Source of the DNA: Vitrella brassicaformis CCMP3155
Taxonomy: Eukaryota; Protista; Chromerida
NCBI GenBank assembly: GCA_001179505.1
Contig: CDMY01000376.1
Coordinates: 248,001-312,000 of the forward strand
DNA length: 64,000 nucleotides
Reading direction: 5' to 3'
Below, piece after piece: positions 49,151-62,711 of this stretch (position 1 is the first letter of the stretch; every line of letters starts with the position of its first letter). The translations under genes were made by a program, and so were the position numbers. Below the pieces are notes generated by a model. That model saw only the letters and a list, made by a program, of their open reading frames with translations, made no database searches and was not told the origin of the DNA.

Positions 49151-52100
49151 TCACTGCAGTCTCTGTCCGTCTCTCATGCTGCGTCTCTCACTCTCTATCT
49201 GTCTGTCTGACCATTGGTCTGTCTGAGCCAGGCACGCCGCCTGCTTGTGCTCTGTCGGCCAGAACGCCCTAGCGAGGTCGAGCAGCACAAAGAAGGCATC
49301 TCCCGGCACCACCTCAAACCCGTCCGCCGGCAGCGCAGCAGGAGCAAGTACCTCCCGCAGCAGCCCATCAAACCTGCAGCAGGTGATCAGAGGTGCCAGA
49401 ATGAATGAGGGCTCCGGATGTGTGTAGGTGCTCACCGTGCCGTTGGTTCGAGTCGGAACAAAGGGAGCCTTCCCTCGGCCCACTTGTCCATCTCCAGTAG
49501 CCGGTAGCAGTGCAGCTCGACATCGGTTGCGGGCCTGGTCTCCAGACACGCCAGTGCGGCGAACCGCAGCACCTGGGGAGTCGGCTGGCCGTTGGCCGCC
49601 ACACTCTGCGATACTCTCATGGCGGGCATGTGCGATGAACTGTCCCGGTAGAAGGAGGCGAGAGGGTCGGTTTGTAGAAGGCTGCCGCTTGACTCCCCTG
49701 CTAGGCCGGCCACGCTGCAGCGCTGGGTGTATCGCGACACCTGGACGGCAAACTCCTGCAGGAGTGAAGTAGAGGACAGATTGATGCACTGGACAGGTGG
49801 GTGGGTGGGTGGGGGGTGGATGTGCATGCCCACCTTCCTGACGTGTATGGGGAGTGAGAGCATGCGGAGCTCCACCACGTGCAGCATGACCTTCACTATG
49901 CGATCCACCAAAGACCCCTCCATCCCCTCCAACTCGGTCGCCACCACCCGGCTCTCACGATCAATCGCCACTGCCGTCAGGCAGTCTATCAGGTGCTCAA
50001 ACAACGATATCGCACGCTGCGTGTAAGCACACACACCAACACAACAATCCAAGGATGCCTCTCTTTCTGCCTCTCCTCGTTCCCACCAGTCGCATTGCAG
50101 CGCCCTTGGCGTCAGTGATCTGCTGCTGGATGGCGGCGGCATAATGCGCTGCGTGGCTCTCGAGGTCATCTGGGTGGTCGGGAGTAGTGCCATGGGGCGC
50201 TGTCACGTTGAGCAGGCTGACGGTGCCCAGCTTCTGCACGGTGGTGGCGACCTTGTAGAGGCAGTTGAGGTAAGGCGCCGTGTGGCCGGCCATCCGCTCG
50301 TACAGCTCCATCGAGGCCTCGACGTGCGTCAGGGCTGCCCTTAGGTGAGACAGCCTGTGCAGGGAAGGACGACAACACATGTGTGCACCCCCTCACATCA
50401 CTAGGTCGATCCAAACCCACTCACTCACTCTGTGTATGCGTCGCAGAGCAGGTCGTGGGCAACGGCCTCTGCCTTAACGTCAGGTGGGTCACGGGCACGA
50501 CAGCCCTCCACAGCCGCCTCCAGCGGACCTATGGCGTCCCCTGGCTGCCGCAGGTTCATGTACACCTGCCCCAGACGCGTCATGGCCTGTGTGCTGACGA
50601 TAGAATGGGCGCCCAACAGGTTCTGCGCGAGTAGGGCTGCGTTGCTGGCGGGGGTGAGGCACTGCTCGTTCATGCCGTTGTCCGACAGGAGGCGCGTGAC
50701 CTGAGTTTCGACCTGCAGCTCCTGCACGGTTGCCGAGCCACAGGTGTGCCTGATCACCGCCTTGCTGGCCTCGTACTCCGAAAGAGCCTCTTCCCACATC
50801 CCTGCAACAGAAAAGTACCAACACACAAAACGGCATTCCAGTGCGGCTGTGTGTGTGTCCCCGCATGCTGACTTACCCAATTTGGCCAGGGACCGAAACA
50901 CCATGATCAACGCTTGCGAGGCTGAGGAGCCCCCCTCACAGACAAGAAGGTGGCAGAGAGCCTGACGGGCAACCGCATGCGCCTGAAGAAAGGGACAGAA
51001 GGAAGGAATGATGGATGATCTGGGCAAGCCGGCTCAACCCCCCCACTTCCATCGGTGTGTGACCTGTTCGATTTGCCCCATGGCCAGGCATGTGGTGCCC
51101 ATGTCAGCCAGTGCCGCCCCAAGCCGCGGAAGTGGCGCACACAGCCGCCGCACCACATCCAGCTGCAGGCTGTTTGCAGTGAAAGCGCTCTGCAGCTCCC
51201 CGCCGATCAGCAGCCGCCTCCCGTCGTTGGCTATGAGGGTGCACCGCAGGCTTGTCGGTTGGTACAGCCGCACGCACGGGTAGAAGCCCGCTAGAACTGG
51301 GCAGTGGAGTGGGCCACGCCTGGTCCAGGCGTTGCCTTGCATGTCTCGCCAGACGGCTGCAGAGTGCGGGAAGAGCTGCTGGGAAGCAGTGATGCTGTCT
51401 GGTGACCCTGTGGTGAGATGGAATGGGAGGAGGTCGTCGGCGGTGACGGGCGTCTTGGCGTCGAAATGGTGCGAGGGAGCGGTCCTCAGCCTGTCGGTGA
51501 AATGGATGCGGCAATGGTATTCTAGCGCCTGCATAAAGGCATGGTGGTCACAACATACAGTGCACCGAGGAGGGCGGTGCGTTGGTTGGTGTGGCGTACT
51601 CGGAAGAGGGCTGGCTTGTAGATCGATTCCCTCTTGATTGCTTCCATCGGCAGGTCAAACCTAATGGACGAATTGAATCCGTCAGTCAATTAATGAGACT
51701 GTCCTGTGTCCTGTCCAGGTTTGTGCATCCGCGGATGCACATACCTACATACCTCTTGCTGGCCTCCGGCATGATGACGTTTGTCCAGAAGGCCGACGCA
51801 TGCGAGGAGTTGCCCAGCACAAGATTGAAGGTGTCAATCACCAACCTGAAACACACGTGTGTCACGTACCAACCATCCCTCCCTCCCTCCCTCCCTGAAG
51901 ACACTTTCTCTGTAGACATACCTCTGGCAGGTTCGCTCCGACACGCCCTCCCACAGCGGCTGGATGGCCCCACCGACCGCTCCCCCGTCAACACCATCAT
52001 CAATAGCGACACCGCCGCCGTCTTGCCGCCCCTCTTTGGCGTGGATCATGCGGCATAACACGCGCTTGCAGGTCCTCGCAACGATGTCACGGATGGCCGC

Positions 52101-55100
52101 GTCCCTCACAGGCGGCAGACATGTGCTCGTGGCGACAGCCCCGAGGCACCTGACGTTGAGCCCGGCTGAGTGGAGGTTGCTCGTGAGGGAAGCTGGATCC
52201 ATCAACACAATGTCGAGCCGGTCTGCGGTCTCCACCAAAGTGGGCAGGTGGGTGTCCCGCAGCCAGTCGGAGGCGTCGAGCAGGGCGTCACGGTGGCTTT
52301 GCCGGGCCACGCCGTCCGCATCACGACCCTGCACACATACGCATGCAATGCAGATGAGAAATGCATTGTCTGCTTCTTATTGATCGTCGCCCACCGTGTA
52401 CGAGGACTCCCGGAGTGTGCACGGCAGCTGCATGTCGGGCAGCCTTTTGAGCAGCTCCACACGCAGCCGGCGATTCTGACACCAACACCAATGCACAAAC
52501 TCGAGCACGTCATCGAGCGTTGAGTGCGAACCAATCCGCGTCACACATGCGTACCGGCCGCGCAATCGACTGTTTCTCGACAATGTGAGGCGGCAGCAGC
52601 TCCCCTGGCCAGCGGACGAAAGACCGCTGGTCGGCCTCACCGTGGAATATGGAGAGGGTCGGTGTACTGCTCGGGAGGTCAGACGCGTCCAGGGGAAGAG
52701 GCAGCCCCTGCAACGTAGCACACAGACCAAGTTGCCTACGGTCTGTTCTCTGTCGCGTAAGTGCCGTTCCAGCCTCCCACTCACCCAGCCACCTACCCGC
52801 AGTTTGAGGTGTTTGCTGATGCAGGTGAGCTGTCGCACCAGCTCTGGGTTGGTGGCCTCAAACTCCTGCAGCATCACCGGCACCGTCAGACGCCTCAATG
52901 ACGACAACGACGATGCACCACCAACGCCGCGCCGCCTGCCGTCAGACTTGGCTGCTTCCATCCGGCCGATGATGCGTCGGGGAGGGGGGTCGAGGTGCAC
53001 CAGCGGCTCGACATAGAAGCAGAAGCCCATGTAGTGCACCAGGGCGGCACACGGGAAGGCAAAGCGAGATGTTGACCCGAGCTCGAGGACGCAGTCGGCG
53101 AGGGCCTGCATGCCCTTGGCGTCGTGCTGGTAGGTGCGCATGGCAGCCTCCACACCCACACCCCTCGAATCGTCCCCCAGTATCAATGCCAGCACCATCC
53201 CATCAGCAACGAAACACCGATCTGACACACACACACGCACACACCGACGCAGACAGAGGGAGAGAGAAAAGGGAGCATCCACGCATTCTGTTCTGTCACG
53301 TATGAGTGCAGCCCCGCTCACCCTGTGTGTATCTGGGCCTGTAGTAAGCCCATATGTCGGGGTCAGTGCGTGGCGGCGGCAGCAGCTCCAGAAAGCCGTA
53401 GTGGAAGGGGGGAGGCGGGCGGCTGTCTGGCGGGTGGAAGAGGTGATGCAGAATGGTCGCCGCAGCCGCACGAGCCGCACATGCAAACTTGCCCATCTCA
53501 CTACACCCATCCCATCAACACATCACACACACACAATACACCCAATCAACTAAGGGATGCTCGTATGTGCTCCTTCTGTTGCCTACCTGATCAGCTCCAT
53601 TTCGGCATCGATCAGCGTATTGAGCGCCTCAACGTCGGCACCCTCAGCACCCAGCCGCGCGGCCCCCCTCTCCTTAGAGTGTTGACACACCCGTCTAAAG
53701 GCATACTGGATGCGGTCATACCAATTAGGTGCCGTCACAATTCCCCTCGTCAGGCCCACAGCGCTCTCCTCGTCAGGCCGCTGCAGCTGCGAATACAGAG
53801 GGTGCCCATCCGGCACCTCCCAGCTGCCTGGCGGCGACATGGCGTCCTCGGGGCTGGGCGGCAATTCCACTGACTGCACATCCACACCTGGTGATGGCGA
53901 TGAGGGCTCACTTCGCTCAGCGGCCGGCCGATGCTCGAGAGACGGCATGGCAGCTGCTGCTGGTGCGAGGGATGGAGTGGGGCTCTCATCAGCACCCACA
54001 CCGACGTCAGCATCAACGTCAGCCAGGTGTGGCGCGTCAGTGTCATCTGGCCGCGATGACGTGTCATCATGGCGCTGGGTGGACTCCTCAATGACGGGAG
54101 TCAGGTCGCCAGGAAAGCTCACAGGGGCGGGGGGCGGAGTACGTGGAGGGGGAGGCTGGCCGTGTACTCCCACATCTCTCTTGACCAGCCGGCCTATCGG
54201 CAGCTGCTCGTGGTCCCGCTCCAGTGCGCCTGGGAAGCGCCGCGACGGTGGGCCATCGTCAGGGCGCCTCACGAACAGTGGCGTGGGGGATGGATGCTCC
54301 AGCCTCTCCAAGACAGCCGCCCTTTTTGGCTGCGATGGCGTGACGATCTGCCGAATCGAGCCAGCAGCAACACGAGTGAAGGGCAGTGTCTCGGGAGGAG
54401 GGGCTCTGCGGATTGACAATGCCGGCTCCTCAGTGGAAGGCCAGGCCGTCCTGTGAGGCGCTGCTGCTGGTGCTGGTGGCGGTGGTGGTAATGCCGTGGG
54501 TGTGTCCAGCTGCTGTCGCCCCTCCGACTCATCGCGTGGCGTCTCGTGGGTGCTGGAAGGGTTGGGCGGCAGCTTCAGGGCCATCAGATAGTCAGCGGCA
54601 AACCCATCGTCAGGCCTCGACGCATCCGATGCTCCGGCATAGTCCTCTGTCGGCTCGTCGTCGCCACTCTCGCTCTCGCTGTGGTCATCATCGCTCACTG
54701 ATGGCTCAAAGACGCTCTCGGCACCACCGCCATTGTCCTTCTCGACAGCAACCCCGTTGTGGATGGCTGTGTAAGGCGTGTGCCGTTCTGTGCCTTCGTC
54801 TCCGCTCTCCCTGCCGCTGCCACTTTCGCTCACAGACGGTGGGTCGATAGCGATGGCGTTGGTCTCCGGAGCATCATTCGGCTCATTCTCTGCTGGCTGC
54901 CCGACAGGCTCGCTGGGAGGGGGTGGGGGAGGGGGAGGGGGAGGGGGTGAGTCTGCGGGAGGGTTGGGTGGCGGCTGCGCCGAGTCCTTGACGGCCGTGC
55001 CGACGGATGGCGTGTCATCGATGGGCAGCCTGCAGGACGGCAGGGGTAGAGAAGGACAAACCCATGTTCGGACACTGTGTGTGGAGACATTGTGTATGTG

Positions 55101-57329
55101 TCTAGGCACCACCGCATGCAGCTCACCCGAGTGACTTCCTCCTGAGCATTTCCTTGAGATGTCCCATCGCCCGCTGCACGAACGGATGCACACCCACAAT
55201 GCCACCCTGACACACGGACAGACCACACCACACAACACAACACCACACAACACAACACCACACCACACAGCACTCATCAATGACTATGCATTGCATTGCA
55301 TTGCTTCACCCATTCCTCCTCACTAAGTAAGAGAACTCACCCCAGGAATAAACGGGACATCGAAGTTCTGCCATTTGGGCAGCTCCACGGACGGGATGGG
55401 CTCGCTCGTCTTAGCGGGCGGCCCCTTGATGCCCAGGCGGTAGTCGTCATCCGGACACCGAATGTCACGCACACAGTCGAACCACATCATCGGCCTCCCA
55501 CGCTGGTCAGGCACCTCAGGGTCCGCCTTCCGCCTCTCCACCCGCCGGTCGCTCACGCTCGCCATCCTGTACGGGCTGCTCTGGTTGCTCGTCGACACAG
55601 ATGTCTTGGGGCAGCGCGGGGACACCAACCGCAGTGGCGTGGGACGGTTGGCCGGCGTGCCCCTGCTCTGTGCTGTGACGGATCTGCGCTTCTCGGGCGA
55701 CCTGGTGGTGGTGTCCGTGGGAGGGGGCGGGGGCGGGGGCGGTGGTGGGAGGGAGGGGAGGGGCGGGTCTGTTGGTTGGGCTGGTGGTGCGGGTGGTGAT
55801 GTGTCGCCAGGTGATGACTCCTCGGTGCTGGCAGACGAAGAACGCCGGAAGAGGGTGGAGAGCGTGAAGGACCTGCTGCGCCGCAGCTTGCCCGGCTGCT
55901 GGTGGTCATCTCCTTCAGCAACCTCCTCAGCAGCACTCTCCGCAACTGAAATGACCACCAACACACAAAGGGACAGGGCACACATGTGTGTCCGCTCTGT
56001 CCGGTGTGGCTCGCGCACCCGTGTCTAGCCGGGGGCGAAACCCCGACATGCGCCTGCGGGTGGTCTTGGCCGCTCCGCCCTCGTCGCTCTCCGCAGCGGC
56101 ATATGGCTTCAGCGGGAGGTGGCCGTGCTGCTGCAGGTAGTCCACAAAGTCATCAAAGCTCAAGACGACAGGTGGGGCATCCACTGCCGCACCACTGCCA
56201 CGGCGCCTCCCTCCGCCACGCAATGCCTTCGATATGACGGCATCGAGCCCGCACAGCCGCGACGAGTGATGCTGGTGCTGCTGCTGCTGGTGGTCACGGG
56301 GGCTGTGGCGGGGCGGGGTCTTGCGTCTGACGTTGCGATATCTCGCGCATTCCCTCTGGTAGCGGTACCACATCGTCCGGAGGTCGGACGCATCCAGCCC
56401 CTTGCTCTCGAGCATGGCGTACGCCTCCTGCCGCTTCCGCCTGGCAGCGCGCTCCTGCACGCCCCACGGCTCCCGCCGACCCATCATGGCCAAGATGGTG
56501 TGGGGAATCCGACACCGCACCTTGGACGTGAGCAGGGGGACCGACGGCGGCGGGCCGTCTGCATCAGGTTCCTCGAAGGACACCCGACAGCCGTTCTGCT
56601 CGGTCCAGTCGTATGGCGGGTCGCGGTCGTCTTCCAGGTTGAATGGCTGGGTGAAGGTCAGTGGGGCGAGGCAGCGGTGAGCGCGCTGATGCACCACCTG
56701 CTTCAGGATGGCGTCGCGCCAGGACTCGGCTGCGTCGGCCGAGAAGAAGCAGACCGTCAGACACCTCATCGGCTGACCAGCGCCCAACACATAGGACACC
56801 TGACAGCAAGGACATCCATCGATGCGACGGACGATGAATTGCATTCCTCGTGTTGCAGGCATTCATTCTCTCTGATTCACCTTGAGCCATTTGTCCTCGC
56901 TCTCTCTGCTGTGCACCCACTCCACATCTTCACACTCAGACAGACAGACAGACAGGCAGCAGATGAGATATGACGTCAGTCAGTACTGATTGATTCACTC
57001 GATGGCAGTGCATATTCCGCACCTCGTATCTGCGTGTATGTAATGCGCACATCCTCTCGGCCCTCCAGGCGCGTGGTGCTGCCCGCGGCGCCGCGTTTGT
57101 TCTCTACCAGGCTGCGTGAAGGGCAGTGGAAGAAGAAACGCAGCGAGCCCTCCAGACCCATCCATCGCTCCTTCCATAGCCACCTGACGCAGACAGACAC
57201 ACAGGCACACAGCAGCAGGGAAGGGACCACTCATATTTGGTTGAAACATGGGGACCACGGCATTGATTCTTACCCGCTGATGAGGACCCACACTTTTTCG
57301 CTTCCTGAAGCCAAATCATAGGTCTCCAT
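49151..57329 (-). CDS. CLU (clustered mitochondria/CLUH-like) domain protein with N-terminal PH domain, long disordered linker, CLU-central domain and TPRs
   Basis: PH-like LISGWLWKERWMGLEG...IRDVEWV...LKVSY...FFSADAAESWRDAILKQ. Clu-like EMGKFACAARAAAATIL, RTYQHDAKGMQAL, ALVHYMGFCFYVEPL and RLRVELL. CLU-central LTSNLHSAGLNVRCLGAV...DIVARTCKRVL. TPR-like helices LLGAHSIVSTQAMTRLGQVY. Splice phases from the PH exons to the start of the Clu region were checked and are consistent. The 3' end is approximate. Confidence 0.78.
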
Positions 57330-57594
57330 CAGGCTCAGTCAGTGTTTGATGTCCCTAGGGGGTTGGAGCTAATGTGGAGGGCCGTCGCGGCGCCTTCTCA
57401 AGAGCTCGCAAACCCCCAGTCTCGCATGCATGCGGGCGCCCACTTGGCGACGAGGAATGTGAAAGACCTTGCAAAGAGCTTTCCAAAGCTGCTGCGAAAA
57501 CTGGTTGCCGTCTGTGCTCTTACGTTGGCTGACTGAGGACTCTGAATCCGCTGGAGAGCGTGGATCTGCCCGTCCTGGACAAGCTCTCTTTGCA

Positions 57595-58895
57595 ATGAGT
57601 CGGTTCGCTCCATCCACCGACGGCAACAGCGATGCATCATCCACACGAGCACTCTGGTGAGCGGCGCACATTGTAAAGGCAAGGCGCCTACATCTTTCTC
57701 GTTCAGGGTGTCAATGCAGGGCACGGCTGCCGGCCGGGCGCTCTACGCCCTCTACGGCGCCACAGAGAAGCCCAATATCGACTACCCCGTCCTCAAGAAG
57801 AACACACAAGACGTTACTCTCAAGCTACACCCTCCACCGAACAAGCCCATCAAGCCCTGCCCGCAGCGGACATCCATTTCGGTGCCCAAGGTCGGCCGCG
57901 GCGGGCGCGCGCGCGACGATGGTGACGAAGATGAGATGTGGCCGGGCCTCGTCAGGCCGGCCAAGAAGACACTTGCAGACATCATGAAGGAGACCAAGGG
58001 CTACAAGATGTACGAGAAGGCTGGTTACGTCACACACGGGCCGGTCGTCAGCAGAGACGACCTCAAGGACGAGGTGGCCAGGAGGTTCCAATTTCAGAGG
58101 TGTCAGGTCTTGCCGCAGAAGGCCACGCTGCCACAGGCACCCGACTGTGTGCCCCGACCCAAGACACTGAGGGAGATACAGCAGGAGCAGATAGTCGAGG
58201 CTGGCGTGCCCAAAGCCACTAGCCTGACGGAAGAAGAGGAGCAGCTGTTCGAACAGCTGGTGGATGAGATACATGAGAGGCACTTGGCTCTGCAAGAGGT
58301 GGCCCAGCGGAATATCGACATTCAAGAGCATCTCCGGCAGCTCCACGGCCCACCAAAAGACGCCACCAAAGCGGCGCACAAGACCCGCGGTGCTCATGGG
58401 GCCGCGCTGGCGGCCAAAAGGCGGAATCTGTCCTCTTCTATCTTCCATACCGACGCCAGCCTGGTGGCAGCACAGAACAAGCTCTGCTCAACCACAACCA
58501 CCATTGACACACATGAAGGCCCCACTGTAGCACACGATGAGACTTCAGAGAAGGGCGAGGACATCAAGACGGAGACGGCTGCTCAAATGAGCGCAGAAGA
58601 AAGCCACCACGACATCCGTCCTCTTGACCTTAGTGCCGCTCTAGCCAGTGAGACACCACCGGCTGCGGCAGCCACAGGAAGACATTTCCCGCCAGCAGCC
58701 TTCACACACAAGGGTCGAGCGGCTTTGACGAGGTCTTTGCTGGAGGAGACACGGCTCAAGAATGAGCTGCAGCAGCGGATCAAGGACCTCGAGAGGTTTG
58801 TCAGGATAACTGACGACGATACTGACAGCCATTGTGATGATGTCGGTGTTGGTGCGGGTGGGGCAGGGGAACAGAGAGAAAGGGAAAGTGGTTGA
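57595..58895 (+). CDS. UPF0193/EVG1 (C22orf23)-like protein
   Basis: Two exons starting MSRFAPST. C-terminal EQLFEQLVDEIHERHLALQEV and RLKNELQQRIKDLERF resemble UPF0193 RFEELVKEIQERKEFL...EISQKLREME. Stop at 58893-58895. The start is uncertain. Confidence 0.55.
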
Positions 58896-59973
58896 TCGAT
58901 GAGTGCATGTTGATTGTTGTTCAACGGGACCGTCACATTCATGAATGGAGTCAATATCAACGAATGGAACAAAGGCCGGCCCATCCATCCATCCATCCAT
59001 GTGTACAGTCCTGCGAACAGACTCCCAGTTACGTGGATTCGCGTCTTGCGCATCGTATATGGGTGCAGAGAAGGTGACATGAGCATTCACCTGCCCCCAA
59101 TTGAAAGCCTCACACACGACACATCGATGCACACATGCACTCGTATGTATGTATGTATACGTGACGTACAAAACGGACAAAACACACAAAACAGAAAAAG
59201 CAAGGAAGTACACACATGCAGTGGACTGAAACACCACAATGCGTGCAGCGACGAGGCATCCATCGATGTATCTATCTCCACCAAGACATACATAATATGG
59301 ACAGACACACAGACACGGTGCGCCACCTGAGTGCGGGCGTGCGTGCATGCATCTTCCCTTCCCGCAGGCACGGCAGGCAGGCAGGTAGGCAACACCATCA
59401 AGTTTGTGTGCGGATGTCGCATTTGCCTGCCAGCCACAGTGGCTGGCTGGCTGCTACATGCAGACAGGCGGGCCATTTACACACACCCACACGTACTCAT
59501 TCAACGACACGCACACGCAACACAGACACCCGCCAGGGATATATAGCCACTGAGGTTGAAATCACTTGAAATCACTTCAAAAATGGCACCTCCCTTCCTC
59601 CCGGATCATGGTGGGTGGGAGGAGGGGGGCTGGCTGGGAAAAGTGAGCAATCGAGGGAAAACTGCACTGATGCATGCATGCGTCAGCAGTGCTCCATCGA
59701 GGCAAGCAGCAGCCAGCCGCTACATGATACACACACACACACACACACGCATGCATATGCACACAATTTCCACATGAATTACAACGGACGGAACTACAAT
59801 AAAATACCCGACAGCAACGAAGGGCAGAGTACCTGCCTACCTACCCGCCCGTCTGTCTGCCCCTTCGGGCACACACACGCACCGGAAAACCGCCACCATC
59901 AACTAGCGGGCAAATGAAATGAGTCACTGCATGCATGACAGCGAGTCGCTGGCGCCCTGCGTCGCCCGGCCGA

Positions 59974-61135
59974 TCACAGAGGGCTTCGCGCCTTCACCGA
60001 CGTCTCTATCACCAAGCCCCCGCCGTCATCTGGCTCTCGTTCGATCCGCACCACCATGCTGTCGTCCGAGAAGCGCACAAATTTGGCCGTCTTCTTGAAG
60101 GCACTCCGGGTGTCCGGCGTGTCGTGTTGTTGGGCTGGCACGAGGGATGCGCCATCGGACGCATGGGAAGATGATGAAACCGACGACGAGAAGGGGCTGC
60201 TGCCGTCCTGGTCCAGGGAGCCCTCCTCTGGCGGGCAAGTGGATGGACTCGCCGTCCTGGTCCAGGGAGCCCTCCTCTGGCGGGCAAGTGGATGGACTCG
60301 CCTCGTCTGACTCGTCGATTTCGCCCATCCGATCGTCCTCTTCCTGACCTTCGTCGTCGACGGTGGCCAGGGGGCGATAGCTTTTCTGCTGTCTGAGCCG
60401 CAAGAAAAACCGCCATAGAGGGTTGCTGCCGGAGGAAGGACTGGCCATGGTGCCGGTGCTGTCAGCAGCAGCTGCAGCATTGGGGTCCACGCGCAGCTGT
60501 GACTTTGTCCGCTTTGGCGGGAGTCGGATGCTGACATTGTCGGTGGTGCCGTCGCATTCGGCGTCCTTGATGGATGTGGCGGCCATCCTATTGGCGGCCT
60601 CGTCAGCCACACGTGACCAGTCGGTCGAGAAGATGATGCCGAAGTAGAAGCCGATTTGGATCATAAGAATGATGCCGATGGCGATCCACAGACCGAGGGC
60701 GGCCCACCGTAGCACAAAGGCCATCCAATACGACAGCGGCTGAACGACACACACACATGACTTGTATTCTACGGCACATATGTGCTCACACATGACTGCG
60801 TGGCAGTACCTGCAGGACAACGTAGAAGAGCACCAGATTCAGCGCCCCCGCCGGCCCCTGCTTGCTCAGGCCCCGCAGCACACCCGCGAGTGTGCCATTG
60901 AGGCTATCAAATATCTCGAAGAACGCTAGCGGCGCCAGCAGCGATTGCACCACTGCCTGCACCTTGATGTCTCCCGGGGGTGAGAGCACCAAGGAGAGGG
61001 TGTCCCGGTAGACAAACAGGCAGCTGCAGATCACCGAGAACAGCAGCAGGTCCAAAGTCACAACCAACTGACACAGGCAGGCAGACAGGGGGACAGACAC
61101 CAATGAGCGGCCTTTTTCCTGGGGGGGTGCGCGTG

Positions 61136-61166
<31 letters not shown>

Positions 61167-62537
61167 GCCCGCCCGACCCACCGCGAAGTACTTCTTGGCC
61201 TGTTTCACCCGGCGCCCGCCGACGGCGTTGCCGATGGCGGTCGCCGCAGCCACGCCAAAGCCCGCCGGCGGCATGTAACACAGAGCCGTCACGTTGTACG
61301 CCGCAACTGAAGAGGCCAGCATGCAAAGAAGAATACGCATAGCAAACCACACACACAAATGAGACAGACAAAGTGTGTGTCTTCCACCGGGCCCCACCCC
61401 ACCCCACACACCGTACGTACGTACCGTGAGCGGCCAGCTGAGTTTTGCCGAGTGCTCCCGCTTCCAGTGCCATGATCTCGAATGCCCACCATTCAAGACA
61501 CACCAATGATGCGGCGGGGATCGACAGCCGCAGGTAGGCACACATCTCGCGACGGTCGAAGGACGCCGCGCAGAATGGGATCCACGACTCGCCAGCCACA
61601 CCAGACACCACAACGTATATCTGGAGGACGATGAAATTGAACACGTTGGAGATGCAGGTGGCAATGCCGGTGCCGACCGCCCCCTGGCCGCCACGGATCA
61701 CCATCAGGTACACCATCAGCACGTGGACGGGCAAAGTCAGCAAGGCAACCCACAGACCTGCACACACACATCCATCGATCCATCAGACACGCCACCAAGG
61801 TATCTCTCGTGCAGCAAATTTGCGCACTCACCAGGCTTGGTGTGCCCTTGCGCTTGCAGGAACCGTCTGGTCGCCTCGGCCTGTCCGTTAGCGAAGTAGG
61901 CAACTGTATTCCAGTTCACTATCGCCCCAGCGATCGTGGCTATGTGGTGGTCCTGGCCCATCCACAGCAGCAGGTCCCTGCTGTAGGAAAGCAGAATGGC
62001 AAGGGGAATGAAGGCCAGCGAAATGATAAGTCGGGCACGGTGGAGATAGAGCCCCACTAGTCGAGGCTGACTGGCGCCGTGGGCCTGTGAGCAAAGTGTG
62101 TCTAATGCCCCCAGTAAGCCCAATATGATGGACAGACAACAGGCGGTGCCTACAGGACAGGAGAGCACCAAACAGCGCACACAGGAATGTCCGCCTGCCC
62201 TGTGCAGGTCAGGTGAGGTACCGATAGTGTTTGCGAGGCCGAGGGCTCCCACCTGTGCGGCGTCCCCGTACCGCTCTACCACCAGCGCATTGATGAACAA
62301 AGCAGACATAAACAGTAGATTTGACGCAATGCTCGGAAGAGCCAAATGCCTGCCTGACGGACAGACAGACAGAAACAGAAACAAACGCAGCCCTCGGTCA
62401 TCGGGACTGATTTCGATACGGTTGCCTTTTGCTTACATGAGCTCTTTTAGCTCATCTAGCCATGGCAGCTGGAAGGCCTTAACAGTAGCAACGTCACACC
62501 CGTCGCTCGGCTGCCCCTCAATGTTGATTGCTGCCAT
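59974..62537 (-). CDS. MATE-family (SLC47/DTX-like) efflux transporter
   Basis: ELKELMHLALPSI, GALGLAN, GLLGALDTLCSQAHGA, LVGLYLHRA, YLRLSIPAASLVCLEWWAFEIMALEAG, DSLNGTLAGVLRG, LGLWIAI, STDWSRVADEA. As assembled the stop is at 60026; removing one 49-bp duplicate moves it to 59974. Confidence 0.93.
60202..60299 (+). repeat. Exact 49-bp tandem duplication in the MATE last exon
   Basis: GCCGTCCTGGTCCAGGGAGCCCTCCTCTGGCGGGCAAGTGGATGGACTC at 60202-60250 and 60251-60299. Confidence 0.95.
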
Positions 62538-62711
62538 GACACAAGACAAAACGGATCAGAAATGGCAGAAGGAAGGAACCGACGAGGGAGGATGAATTTC
62601 TTCAGAGGCGGGAGGCTGCTGGGAGGCTTGACGCTTCTCCTTTGCCTGTGCGCGCTAAGATCGTTTCTCTTCTTTCAGCTCGCACGAAGTGAAGTGAAGT
62701 GAAGGACACAA

